From Trichosphaerium sp. ATCC 40318 (Eukaryota > Protista > Tubulinea), in contig JALMLS010000354.1 of the NCBI GenBank assembly GCA_038496445.1, forward strand, positions 62,001 through 126,000: a DNA stretch of 64,000 nucleotides. Reading direction: 5' to 3'. The notes under the pieces were generated by a model. That model did not search any database and was not told where the DNA came from. It worked only from the letters and a program-made list of their open reading frames with translations. Below are positions 28,585 to 41,142 of this stretch, piece after piece. Position 1 is the stretch's first letter; each line of letters starts with the position of its first letter. Made by a program: the position numbers and the translations under genes.

Positions 28585-29081
28585 TTACTCTGAAGGGCCT
28601 TCAATACCCTTTTCCTTCATGAATTTGGCGACCTCAGCGTTTTTTTCCATGTTGGCGAGGATGTCGTAACCTCCAACAAATTCTCCCTTGACGTAAAGTT
28701 GTGGGATGGTAGGCCATTCGCTACAAGGCATCAGGACCAAGAAAAATGTGAAAGGGCGTACGAGAACTCCTTTATGCCTTGTCGAATTTGCATGTCGTCT
28801 AACACGTTGTAGCTCGCATAATTGCTAATACCTACGCGGCGTAAGCGATTAGAGCGCGTTTTCGAAGTTATTGTACCGTTCTTTTGTAATATTTGGACAA
28901 CGCCTTGAGAAAAGCCGCATTGAGGTGCATTTGGTGTTCCTTTCATATACAATACGACATCATTGTCATTAACTTGTTTTTTGATGCGCTCTTGGACCTG
29001 TAGTGTCTGGCACCACCTTCTTTGGCTCTGTGGCTTTACAGAGGCGTAGGATCTTTGAATACGGGTTGAGAAGCGCAACAT
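28585..29081 (-). CDS. GLRX5: Mitochondrial monothiol glutaredoxin (Grx5)
   Basis: Presequence MLRFSTRIQRSY; VVLYMKGTPNAPQCGFS; RQGIKEFS|EWPTIPQLYVKGEFVGG. Confidence 0.93.
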
Positions 29082-29296
29082 CTGGTGTGGTAGAAACTGT
29101 GAAAATCAAATATTTGATTTAGGCACAGAACTTAAGTCACTCAAAAACACCACATCACAGAGCTTCTAGCGAGCACGTACGGCCAATGCATGGCTACGGT
29201 AAAAAAAGGCAAGGAAGCACAGCTACAACAACAAGACAGTTTTCTATATTTACACACATGCACACGAAAGCGTCGTGTAACGCATGGCAGCACCTG

Positions 29297-30304
29297 CTAC
29301 GTATCCTCATCTTCAGTATCTGAGCTAACTGATCGCTTGCACAGTGGGCACATGTCGCGTATGGCAAGCCATTGTGCTATGCAGTCTTTGTGATAAACGT
29401 GGTTGCATGGAAGTTGACATATTTGACACTCTTTCTCAAAGTCCACTTGACACACTGTACATTTGGCGTCATGTATTGTTGGATCAAAAACAAGGCAGGG
29501 TAATGAATCAATGGTCTGTTGCGTGGCGCCTGGCTTGCGTTGATCCTTTCTCAAAAATAGCCAGTGTCCTAAACGTACACCACACTTAGTAAATAACCGG
29601 GTATACAGGGTTGCGTGTATGCACGTGCCATCAAGTTGCATAACCCTGGTGTGATTCTGTGCTACAAAGGTTGTCCAGGCTTCTTGAGTCATTTCAAAAT
29701 CATCAGCGGTGCGGAAAAATAGAATTTCGCCGCAACCTTGCCTGTGCATTTGCGTTTAGGACTCTAGGAGCTTAAATAATTAAAAGAAAAAAGGCCGCAC
29801 CACCTAAAGGAGAACTCTTGATTGTCTTGAGGGTCGAAATCAATTACGCCTTATTATGCGTTATGGGCGTGCAAATGTTAGTGTGGTGTACCTGGAATCC
29901 TAAAGACATTAATGTAAGTTGTCTGGAATAGCAAAAAACCTAAAATTGAACTTATTGTCATTTATAGCTTACCAGCACGGATCAGTGAACTGTGTGCCAG
30001 CAACGCGTCCTCTACTAACGTTTGTGTCTAATTCTACTTCAAAAGTAACTTTCCCTATTGGCCGTTGTGAGCACGTTTTGGTGCGTCTACTAACCCGCTG
30101 GTACATTTACATCGCCTGTAATCTTTGTCGCAACTAGTTTATTGTTTTCAAGTGTCAGAGCTATCAATTCAGGTCCATGTCCACCTATTATTGGTTAATG
30201 ACGCGCTGTGGTACAGTCCCGATACCGTAACAACCAATATACCGTCCTTGTAGCACTTCGATACCGCTGAGGTCGCTAGCCTCTTGTTCATTGCTGTTTC
30301 CCAT
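29297..30304 (-). CDS. DUF3506 (cyclin-D1-binding/EXECUTER-type) domain + RING-H2 protein, predicted N-myristoylated
   Basis: MGNSN..GRYIGCYG|GHGPE..LVATKITGDVNVPAG|KVTF..GRVAGTQFTDPCW|IPG; C-terminal CTVCQVDF..LPCNHVYHKDCIAQWL..MCPLCK. Confidence 0.8.
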
Positions 30305-30556
30305 AGAATGGATAAATGTACGCGACTGACGCCTCTTTTTGAAGAATTTGAAGCAACTTAAAAGACCAGTACGGCCACTTAAAACCGAATTGAGGATATT
30401 CCGTATTTCCATTTTTGCTTCAAAATATATTTTTTTCTTACAGTGGGGTAGACGCAATAAAAATTTGTGGTTGAGTGTCAAAATGAGACAACCTCAAAAG
30501 ACAACACGTGTTGTTTCGCCTACAGCCAAAATCGCATCGAAAAGGGCGACGGGCTA

Positions 30557-33500
30557 TCAGTATTTCTCAGCCATAATGAGCACAACCAATGCTGTCCATC
30601 CTGCAAATGGGTGCTGACCACTACAAAAAAATATGTGAGTAAGGACCACGTGAAAATTGTAAAAGGATTTTGGTTTGCAACATTTTCACAATGTGGCAAA
30701 TGAGAAAATAGCTCAAAATGTTGAGCAAAATGAAACGTACAGACCCTCGCCTGTAGTTGGCGAGTAGTGCTCGAATATGTCGTTTTGCTTTTTGTAGACC
30801 TTGACTAGGTTCGATACAATATTGCGGCGCAGCGTTGTGTACACTATTTGCGCACGTGCTGCATATGGGCCATCATGCATGTAGTATCTGAACAACGCCC
30901 TAATCACGTTAAGTAAGTATAATGCAAATGATAATGTGTTTGTTTCAAATAGCGGTACCTGAGTACGAGGTAGTTGATGTTTATCCACACTGGACCGCGC
31001 CAGTAATTTTTATCCTTCCCGTACAGCCTATGAGATGCAGATAGCGAACGTAATCCAAAACTAAGGCAATAGTGAGGAGTGTAAGTGCACAAAGAGCAGT
31101 TGTGTGGTTCGAACATACTTGGTTTTGAGGTGCTTTGGATCTTCCATGAGGTCAAGTAACTGGCCCAATCGAGGTGAGTCCACAGACACCAGACCGAATA
31201 AGAACGGAAATAAACTAATGTATCCAACATTGTCAACGGTTCTACCTTCTCTACCATCGTAGTCCGTGTATGCATTGAACTCTTCATTCCAGTATCTCTC
31301 TAGGCAAACTAATTGAGCGCTAGGGCATTCAAGTTGAACAAAACAGACCTTGAAGTCTATCTAGGAGCTCCTCTTCGATCATCTTAAACTGAGGGATATC
31401 GTAAATATCCACAGTAGTGGCCAACTTGTCCAAGATGTTGGATGATATGATCATCCATGACAGCAAGTCTACATGTTCCTACAAAGATTCTGTTTAAAAA
31501 AATACCAAATGGGGAGATTGTACTTCTTTGTCAGTGCGCTCTTCTTTATTTTCAGGGCGCTCTTCGTTCGTCCTAGGATAGTCATCGAGACCTTTGGAAT
31601 GTTAACCAACAACATAACAGAAACTAATGTGTAGGAGGTACCGGAAGGGAGTGTGTGCACGCCGCTTGCTCCTCTCCAGCGGAAGGTATTTCGTTCAGGA
31701 CCCTTTTGTGTCTTGACAAACCACTTAAAATTGGCAACCAATGCTGAAAATGCTCCCTTTAGAAATTTGAGATCGCCATCTGTCAAATCACCCTCAATAT
31801 AACCGTTAGTAACTCTAAGCTGAAACCACGTGTGCGTACCCTATCAATAAGTCCTTCAAGCGCCAAATAGAGTGTAGGAGGATTGGCATTATCTGGATAT
31901 TGTACTATAAACTCAGCAGGTACACGACTCTCTGCCTCTGCGCCCAGTATTTGTTCACGTGGCACCCATCCATCCTTATCAACTAGTTTTAGCCAATGCG
32001 CCAACATGTCCTTACTAAGAAAAGACGTTAAAAAACTGTTCTGGCTAATCAGCGAAGTTCTCATTCAGACCTCATTTCCTTGTCCCAAATTGAGATGAGA
32101 AGTTGGTGGAACCCCTCAAGAGTTCGTTAGACGATGGTTATGTTGCGAGAACGGTAGTACCTCGTCCCACAAGAATCCACGGGGAAAGAATGTGCGGGAT
32201 GGCGTAGCAGTGAATAGACCTCGAGGCACGCTTGACAGGTGGTATTGTGGTTGGCCCTTAAACAACAGTAAACGCCTAATCAACACGTTTTTAAAAAAGC
32301 GAGTACCTCTGGCCGTGGTGAGTGGACACGATGATGACCAAAGAAGTATCTAGACAAATTATTGATACGTGGAAGGTGGAAGATTATACAAAAAAAAATG
32401 TAACTAAAAAACGCATGTGGTGATCACACCCGTACATACCCTATGCCTCCCATCATATTACATAGAGCCACTTTTGCAAAGTCTACATGCTCTTCATTGT
32501 AGCCCTTTTGCCGTATACCGAATGTGGCTTCGAACCTGTCATCAAATTGCTTTGTCTTTTGTGCTGATGTTGGGTTACCACACTCACTTTGCGACACGTG
32601 CTAATGCAACCAATGTACGTACCTATTGCAGCGTCCAAACCCTTTCCTGCAAGATCTTTGGCCGCATTTATCATCTATTGAAAAAAAGTTGATGACTGTG
32701 CCTGTCTGTTGATTCTGGGTACCTTCGAAGTGCTGGAAAAGCGATCTTTAGTGTTTGATAAGAACGTCATATCCATCTTGCGCATTTTGCATTAATAACA
32801 ATTAAAGGTAGGCAGTAGTGAGTACGCACTGAAAATTCGCCTTTGTAAAAACGTTGTAGTACAAAAACATTACTATCGCCATGCACCAAGTTTTCTAACT
32901 GTGCACGCCTTGAAGATCTTGGCACAACAAGCCTAATCATCCTTGTCAGAACGACACTACCTTCGAATGCTAGTCAAGTACCTTAAATGCTTCTCTATCT
33001 GCCAAACCTCGCGCAAGTGTACACCACTAAAGTAGGTTCGTGTACCAGACTTTTGTTTGTGCTCTGTATTTGTGATTGTAAGCGTTCTAATCCTGAACAA
33101 TATTTGGACAAATCCAAAAATCTTACCTTGTGGAAGAATAAGAGCAAAGTCTCGCGTTGATGGCATGAATCCCTCCAATACTGGCGTGTTTGTGATTGGC
33201 TAAAACAAGTAAAGTCGATAAGCAATGAGAAGACACTTAGCAGGACTTACACGCTGGTTTTGTGCAGAGGAAGTGTCGAGGTGTATGTTACCCTGTTGTA
33301 AAAGTTCGATACCATAGTAGAACATGACAGCCAGTTTCAAAGGCTTATCACGGGATGCATAAGGTACACCACGAACCCGAAATGCCCAATCGCCGCCTGT
33401 AGATTGCATGTAAGGTTGATGTACGCATAATAACAACAAAAAAACAGTGCTAACAAAGCAAGACACTAATTAATTGGCAATCAACGGTACCATTTTTCCC

Positions 33501-34652
33501 AGGTTTCTTGTAAATGTATGTGTGCAACTCCACTCCAAGTCTAGTATCGTTGATGACTTGATATCCAAAATCTCTGCCATTGTGCACTAGCCAACGTATA
33601 CCAATATCATCCTCATTCTTTGCCACGTGACGTAACTCTATAGAGAGGGTAGGTGAGTGTGTCAATCAGGACGTACAAACAACCAGTTTAACTTACGTAT
33701 GTGATAAGGATTAGGCCCAGGTTCATACCTGCAGCGTATCGAAGTTAGTATAATTGCCAATAACATTGGATAGGAGGAGAGTAACAACACATTGACTTTT
33801 TGTCATTTGTATAGTGTGGACGTACCACATCATGCCCAAAACGAAGGCGTCCGTTGTAGTCCGTGTGCGCATGCCGTAGTAGATATGTGGGCGATAAGTA
33901 CCTGAAATTAAACCGCATTTAGACAAAAACAAAAAACCAATAAATAACGGCAATCTTGTGTTTTCACGCGGATTGTGTACCCCAAAGCAAATCTGACTGG
34001 TGTTGGTCATCAAATACATTCAAAGCGTTCTCGTCCCGTTTTGTAGCAGGGGATTTGTCTATGCCTAATCCGCGGTTTACAGGTTGCTACTACGTAGTAC
34101 ACGCTAATAAAATAAAAATTGGAGGAGGAGACAAACCTGGTATCAAACTGTCAATGTCAACCGAATTTCGTGGTGCAGTGTCGCCACCGCTTATAGGGCT
34201 CGCCGTTGATTCAATGAGCGCACTTACATAGTTTATGTAGCCGTCTAAATGCCACCTGTCAGCAATCCCTATTTCAATGCTGGCTAGTACCTTCTGGTTG
34301 AAATGCTACTCCCAAAAACGCTACAATAGCAGCGATAACCGACAAGCGAACGGTCCATGGATGCCACTGCGTATCTTTGCTCTTTCGCCCTTTGCGCATC
34401 GCTTTCATTGCGCTTTGGCGCTTAGATTTGCTTTTAGACGTTTTTGAGTTTGCATGTGTTTTCTACCGTGCTTTAGCGTCCTGTTTGAATAAAACGTAAT
34501 GCGAACGATGTGTGAGTTGTATTTCGCAGCGAATTATGCATAGTGTACAGACACGAGAGTTTGTTGAAAGTTTGTTATTTTCTGATTTGCAGCAACGTTA
34601 AATGCATCGCGCAGTGTACCTTTCTATCTCTAATTCCACCTTTTGTACTCAT
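30557..34652 (-). CDS. MOGS: Mannosyl-oligosaccharide glucosidase (ER glucosidase I, GH63)
   Basis: [83 protein letters not shown]. The first exon is uncertain. Confidence 0.92.
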
Positions 34653-34847
34653 GATGGCTTACACGTCAGCACCAACTTGTTTAATATTCTCGTATTACAC
34701 TCGCGTAAGGCAAGCAATGAGGTATACTTGAGTTGGTAGCAAGGCAACACTAAACAAGTTGACTTTAGTGGAATGTTGGTGATGTAGTGACACTTTTCTA
34801 AAGTGTTAACATTTTGATTGGACAACCGCAATAAGTGAATTGCCTTC

Positions 34848-36445
34848 ATGAGCGACGGCCAGGCTCCTAGTAATATCACACGAGATGCCGATTTGTTCCT
34901 ATCTAACGCCAAACGATCACAGCACGCCCATCACGTAACAAACACCCAAGGAGCACCAACAAACGATGTTTCATCGTTGCTGCGTGATCTCCCCGAAGAA
35001 TGTAGAATGGTAGGTTTTCTACGCTGTCCTAGGCGCTAAATCTACGTAATTTAGGTTATACAGGCGCTGTTTCAACAAAATAATGTAAAAGAAGTTGAAG
35101 ATGTACTATTATTGCCCAATACAGTATTAGAACGAGCCACAAAAGGCACAACTAACAGTAGTACAGATTTACAAGTGCAAATAAGCAGGTTAGGTACTGA
35201 CATTCCTGGTAAAACGTCTAACGAAACCCATAGACTCATCTTTCAGCAGAGCATATTTCCAGCAACAACAGTGTCCAATCTTTTGAATGATCCAGCCTTC
35301 ACAAACAGAATGACAATGGGATGCGCCGCTATTAATGACTTGTTTCAAGGTGGGCTCCCTCCTCGCGGTATAATAGGTACTGTCACGTTTATTTTTGAAA
35401 AGAAAATTGCTCATTGCAAAGTCAGAGGTTACTGGAGAGGCTGGAGTGGGCAAGACGCAATTTTGTTTGACAGGTACAGCCCATATCTGTAAAATTACCA
35501 AGTGAGATTAACAACATCTTAGCTGCACTACATGTTCAGTTAGCTCCTGAAAAGGGAGGATTTGGCGGATCCTGTATTTACATTCAAACTGAAGGCAAAT
35601 TCCCAGCAGACAGATTTAGACAGATGACTACTGCCTTTCAAAACAAGTTCGTACCAATATTCAAAGGTCTTTTAAATTAACAACAACTTGCAGGCACGGC
35701 ATTACAAATGCCGCAGATAATGTCATCGTTATTGAGAGTCGCGCAGTCAACTTATTGCAGGTCATTCTTCTTCAATTTCTTTTAAGTACTAACTCAGTTT
35801 TGCAGGCAACGCTAAACGATACAATCCACCATCTTTTGAATGGTTCCAATCTACCTGACAAGCCACCAGTAAAATTAGTTATTGTGGATTCTATAGCAGC
35901 TCTTTTTCGGTCCGAGTACGCCTCGGCAGGTACGCTTAAAATAGTTTACAGCTTGGTCTCTAAGTCAGTTGTCCAGATGGTATAGAAAAGGCGAAGAAAC
36001 TGCGAGAACATGCACGAGCCTTGGCGCTGATAAGTGGTCACTACAGTCTCCCTGTGATTGCAGTAAATCAAGTTACAGACTTGTTTTATGACAAACTCTC
36101 TCAGCAAGCTTTCGATAAAAAGAGGTACGTACTGGTGATAATGGTTGCATACAAGTAGTGTAACGAATGAATAGGACTATAATACCGGCCTTGGGTCTAG
36201 CTTGGACAAACTGCGTTCACACACGTGTGGTTTTATCCAAGACAAAGCGGCAATATCAAGGCGCAGATGTAAACATAGATACTACCAGGGACGCGAATGG
36301 CGAGCCAGCGCGAAAGAGGCGTAAAAAGGCGGCTAGTTATGCACCTCCAATACGAAGAATGACGATAGTACTGTCGCCTCATCTGCCAAATCGCGGCATC
36401 AGCTACATCGTTGACAACAACGGCATTCATGGCGTGAATGCTTAG
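34848..36445 (+). CDS. XRCC3: RAD51 paralogue XRCC3-like
   Basis: TMGCAAINDLFQGGLP, Walker A GEAGVGKTQ, IYIQTEGKFP, Walker B LVIVDSIAALFRSEY, VNQVTD, PALGLAWTNCVHTR, SPHLP. Confidence 0.85.
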
Positions 36446-36563
36446 TGTAAAGAACGCCGATAAATATTGTAAATAAAGCCGAGATTTTAGAGTTGCACGT
36501 GATAAATTACCTTTAAGGCAGATTGAAAAAAAAAAAGTCGTTAAACATACAAACGTCACCTTG

Positions 36564-39132
36564 ATGAGAAACGCACTTGTAGCACTTGTGTATTGTGTCA
36601 TTGCTTGTGGCTACGCGCACGCCATTAGCAAGGGCCACTTGTACTCGACAGGAGACCCTGTAGCTGTACATGTTTCAAAGGTTGGTCCTTATTTAAACCC
36701 AACAGAGCAATACGACTATTATTCTCTACCTTTGTGCGCACCAAAGGGAGGTGCAAAAGCGATCAGGCAAAATCTGGGCGAGAAGCTCGAGGGAGATCGT
36801 ACAAAGACAACACCATTCCTGATAGATTATAGAAGTACGTGGGATTATTTTGAGTCACTTGCGTTTGACAACGTGGTTTTTATTTATTCAAACACGTAGA
36901 AAACATTGACAACGCGGCATTATGCCCTAAAAAACAATTAAGCGTTGAGGACGTTAGCAAACTAAAGAATGCTGTTTCTAAATATTATTATTTCGAGTTT
37001 GAGATCGGTACGTCGTCTGTTACGCCACATGTTAAACGCTCACACGCCCCTGATAGATAAAATTCCTGTTCGCGGCTTTCTAGGCAAAGTACAAGGTACG
37101 TCATTCAATGACACTCTAGTGAAGTGACCCTCCTTCTGAAGCCACACCAAAGCAAAAAACGGTGTACCTGTTTACACACATGGAATTTACACTTCTCTAC
37201 AACGACAATGATCCCAGCGCAAAAGGCAAAGGAGTTGTAAGTACAAACAAAATTGCTACACGCGTGATGAAAAATATTTGATGAAAGTGTGTCTCATTTT
37301 TCTCATTTATTTTTTCGATTGTAGGTCATATACGCCAATGTCAGTACCAACTACAATAAGCGCGTAGCCTTGGTAGAAGGAAGTCCAATGGAAGTCCAAT
37401 TCACGTACTCGGCAAAGTGGCACAAGACACCAACACGCTTCAAGGACAGAAAAATATATTGGTCGTCGCCATCCAACTCACAAGAACTCGAGATTCACTG
37501 GCTATCTATCCTCAATTCGTTTGTTTTGGTTGTTCTATTGACAAGTTTTCTCGCCATCATCATCTTGCGCATCCTCAAAAATGATTATGCGCGCTATGAC
37601 GACAAGGACCCTGAGGAAGGAGGTACAACCAGCATGCTCTTTTTCATTTTTTTTATTTTCATTCATACTTCTCCTACCGCCTCAATTATGGCTCCTGTAC
37701 TCTTTGGTAGTCTTTGTAACTAATCCGTTTAGAGGACTATGGATGGAAGCAAGTTAGCAGTGATGTTTTTAGATACCCACCACTTCTGAGTTTGTTTTGC
37801 GCATTCCAGGTAGGTCAACAACCCACGCCAAATTTAATATCTTGGGGTTTTTTTCCAACAAATTAAAAGCCCACGCAATTTGCAACACAAGACATTAGTC
37901 ACTAAGCCGGTATTGTAGGGTGTGGGCGTTCAATTCTTGTTGATCATGTCAGGTATATTGATCCTTGCTGTTGTTGGCTTGTACTACCCAGGCAACGAAG
38001 GCAACCTTGTCGTGTCAGCTGTTGTTCTGTATGCACTCACCTGTGCTGCATCTGGTTTTTGCTCGGTTCGGTACGTTCCCCTTTTGTGCACAATTACGTA
38101 TTGCACACCTGTGTTGACTCATTTAACTATAGCTGGTACGTACAGATGGAAGGCAAGTCATGGCAATGGAACATTATACTCGCAACCACAGTCTACGCTA
38201 TGCCATTCTTCTTAAACTCGTTCGTACTGAACATGGTCGCTGTATCATGGCACTCCACTGCATCCATCCCAGTTACAGCAGTACTAACAGTGATTGCTAT
38301 TTGGCTCTTTGGTACGTACCACGATTGCATTCTGTTTTTGTACTTTTTGCGCTGACACCGATGTAATGTAGTTGGCTTTCCTCTTACGTTATTTGGTGGA
38401 TTCGCCGGCAAACGCATGGCCGGTACGTTTTACGCACCTGTCCGCACAAAGAACTTCCGTCGTGAAATTCCACCTATTCCATGGTATGCACAAATTTACT
38501 TTAAGGCAATTGCGCTGGAAAAAAAAAAGGTGGCATCCAAACTGACATTTACGTTTAAAGGTTCCGTTCTCTACCACTTCAAATGTTGATGGCTGGATTC
38601 TTGCCTTTCAGGTACTGTGCCCTTTCGGAATTAAAGCAAGACACGGGTCTCACTTTTGTATATAGCGCCATCTACATCGAATTGTTTTACGTGTTCAACA
38701 GCGTTTGGGGCAGATCGACATACCAGCTCTGGGGCATCCTCTGTCTTGTCTTTATTATCCTCTTGATCGTGACAGCTTGCATTACTGTTGCACTCACATA
38801 CTTTCAGTTGTCGATGGAAGATTGGCGATGGTGGTGGCACAGCTTTTTGAGCGGAGGGTACGTACTTCTTTTCACGATTTGTAAAAAGTAAAGCCCATCC
38901 AACTCGTTACTAATATTTTTATGCCACCAGGTCGACTGGTCTGTTTATCTACGCTTACGCAATTTTCTACTACGCTTATAGATCTCGAATGACAGGATTC
39001 CTTCAGGCGTCCTATTACTTTGGCTACATGGCCCTCATTTGCTATTTCTTTTTCCTCATGTTGGGCTTTGTCGGTTGGTACAGTTCGCTCATCTTTGTTC
39101 GCAACATTTTCAAAAACCTTCACTTTGATTGA
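36564..39132 (+). CDS. Transmembrane 9 superfamily (EMP70/nonaspanin) protein, TM9SF1-like
   Basis: [69 protein letters not shown]; ends NLHFD*. Confidence 0.92.
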
Positions 39133-39281
39133 GGACACACAGTATATAAAATCGTTACGACCACTTGAACAAAAATCCTTTTTTATCCCCTCTTAAATAA
39201 ATAAACGAACCAAAAACAGTAGTTTTGGTATTAATCAGTAAGAAAATAACAAGAAAGGTAAATACAAATTGGTTTTTTTTA

Positions 39282-40882
39282 CTATTCGTTCCACTTTGCT
39301 TTTAAAGGTAACATTATGCTCCAATAGCCATTTGAGTATTCTCCGTATCCTACCAGTTGTTTCAACTTGTGTGCGCTTGCGAAAAAGAAAAAAACCAAAG
39401 CAAAGAAGAGGTGGTGTACCTTGATCAATGTACTGTGGTTTTAATGTACCAGCTTTTACAGCGGTTATCATTTCCTTCAAGCCTTCCAAGTCTTTCATTG
39501 CAAGATTGTCCGAGACATGTCCACAACTCATTCTAGTAAACTTGATTTAGTACACTGAGTGCGGGATTGTGTATTTTAACCTCTTGTCCTTGTGTTCTGT
39601 GTATTTTTGGTTGATTTTACTGGCTTGGTTGGCGCTAGACGTTAATGCTCCGGCAGCCCCTGCAGCACTTGCAGGTGGTGCCAATTGAGCAATGTCCTGT
39701 GGCATGGACAAGTACATGTTTACAGCGTTTTCCACTGAACCGTCACACAGCGCCATTAGCTTGTGCGGATCAAACTGTTTGGAGAGTGTCGCCACATCGA
39801 CGCAGATGATGCTTGAAAGTGTGTTTACCTGCTCTTGGTATGGGCTTGTTGGCGCTACAGGCGCTGTTGTGGGTGCTGTAGCTTCAGCTTGGTCAACATT
39901 GTAGGTGATGACAGGAGGCGATTGGTTCTACACAAATTCAAACAAAAATCAGGTCGCTACTTTAAGACAACTGCGTTCTATTGTACCAGTGGTGCTGCCT
40001 TTACAAAATCAATGAGCGTGTTTACCGAATTCCAGTAGTCCTATATAGCCTGTCTTAGTTTTCTTAGAGGTTTTGAGTGAAGAGCCGTCAAAGGCATGGC
40101 GCACTTGTATGTTGGAGCCTATGCAGTCAAGATGAATGACTGTGTAAGGATACATTGAGTCTCCTATGAAGACCCTATTGTCTTTGTAGAGATAAAACGC
40201 TACCGAGTCAGGCGTGTGGCCAGGTGTAAAGATGACCTGAATGGCATTCTCGACGGCTACAGTGGCGCCATCGGCAACGTCACACAAAGGTATGAGCTCT
40301 CTGTCAGATAGCCATTTAGTCACTTTGAACCCTTCCACTTTGGCACCGTGGTGCGCCAGTGCTAGACTGCTTATTTCAAAGTTGTTTGTGAAGGTCTGAT
40401 CGCGGTTGCCCATGTAAACGCCCATGCAATCGAAAATCAAAAATCAGATTTTTTACATTTTTTTTAAAGGTTAGTAGTGTACCTGGCTTGTCCACAAAGT
40501 ATCTGACGCCGCCTATGTGATCAAAGTGGACATGTGTCAACAATACGAGGTAAGGCAATCCATTCGGGTTGAAATATGGCTCGTGCGCTTTTATGAAGGC
40601 GTATGTGTCACCTGTACCGCACCCTAATAGACCGTTAACAAAAATCATAAATTCTACGCGTTTTACCACGCGACACAGCTAGTAAGATCATGTGGTGGCG
40701 TAGACGTGCCTGTGTCGATAACTACTATTTTGTTATCGCCAATTACGAGGTAAAAGAAAGGGTACTGCTTGAATCTATCGTCTAATAGCCTTGTTACAAA
40801 AATACGTTAACTAAGGGCTGTGTTCACCTTCTACCACTTTCCATACCATTCCCGATACACGAGACAACGTGAAGCGAGACAT
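39282..40882 (-). CDS. Metallo-beta-lactamase-fold hydrolase (MBLAC2-like) with internal UBA-like insert
   Basis: IDTGCG, THVHFDHIGG, FTPGHTPDS, VFIGD, late SCGH; helical insert KLMALCDGSVENAVNMYL. Confidence 0.8.
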
Positions 40883-41142
40883 TTGTGAATCCTGGGTGGT
40901 TTTAGTAGAGACTGTGAAGGATTGGCTTAAAGTATTCATTTCATGCCCCAAAACGCCTCTATGTACTGCACAAAAATGGCTGATCTGCCACGTGTAATCC
41001 TAAATACACTTAGGCAGTGGTTGAAACGGAGTGGAGGCTCTGAGGCATTGTGGATGGGTGTTAATTAATGGACGTCTTTAATGAATGACTGCGAAACAAA
41101 ATGTGTTACAGTTTGTGTCGGTTTGAAGTACCCAAAGTGCAA

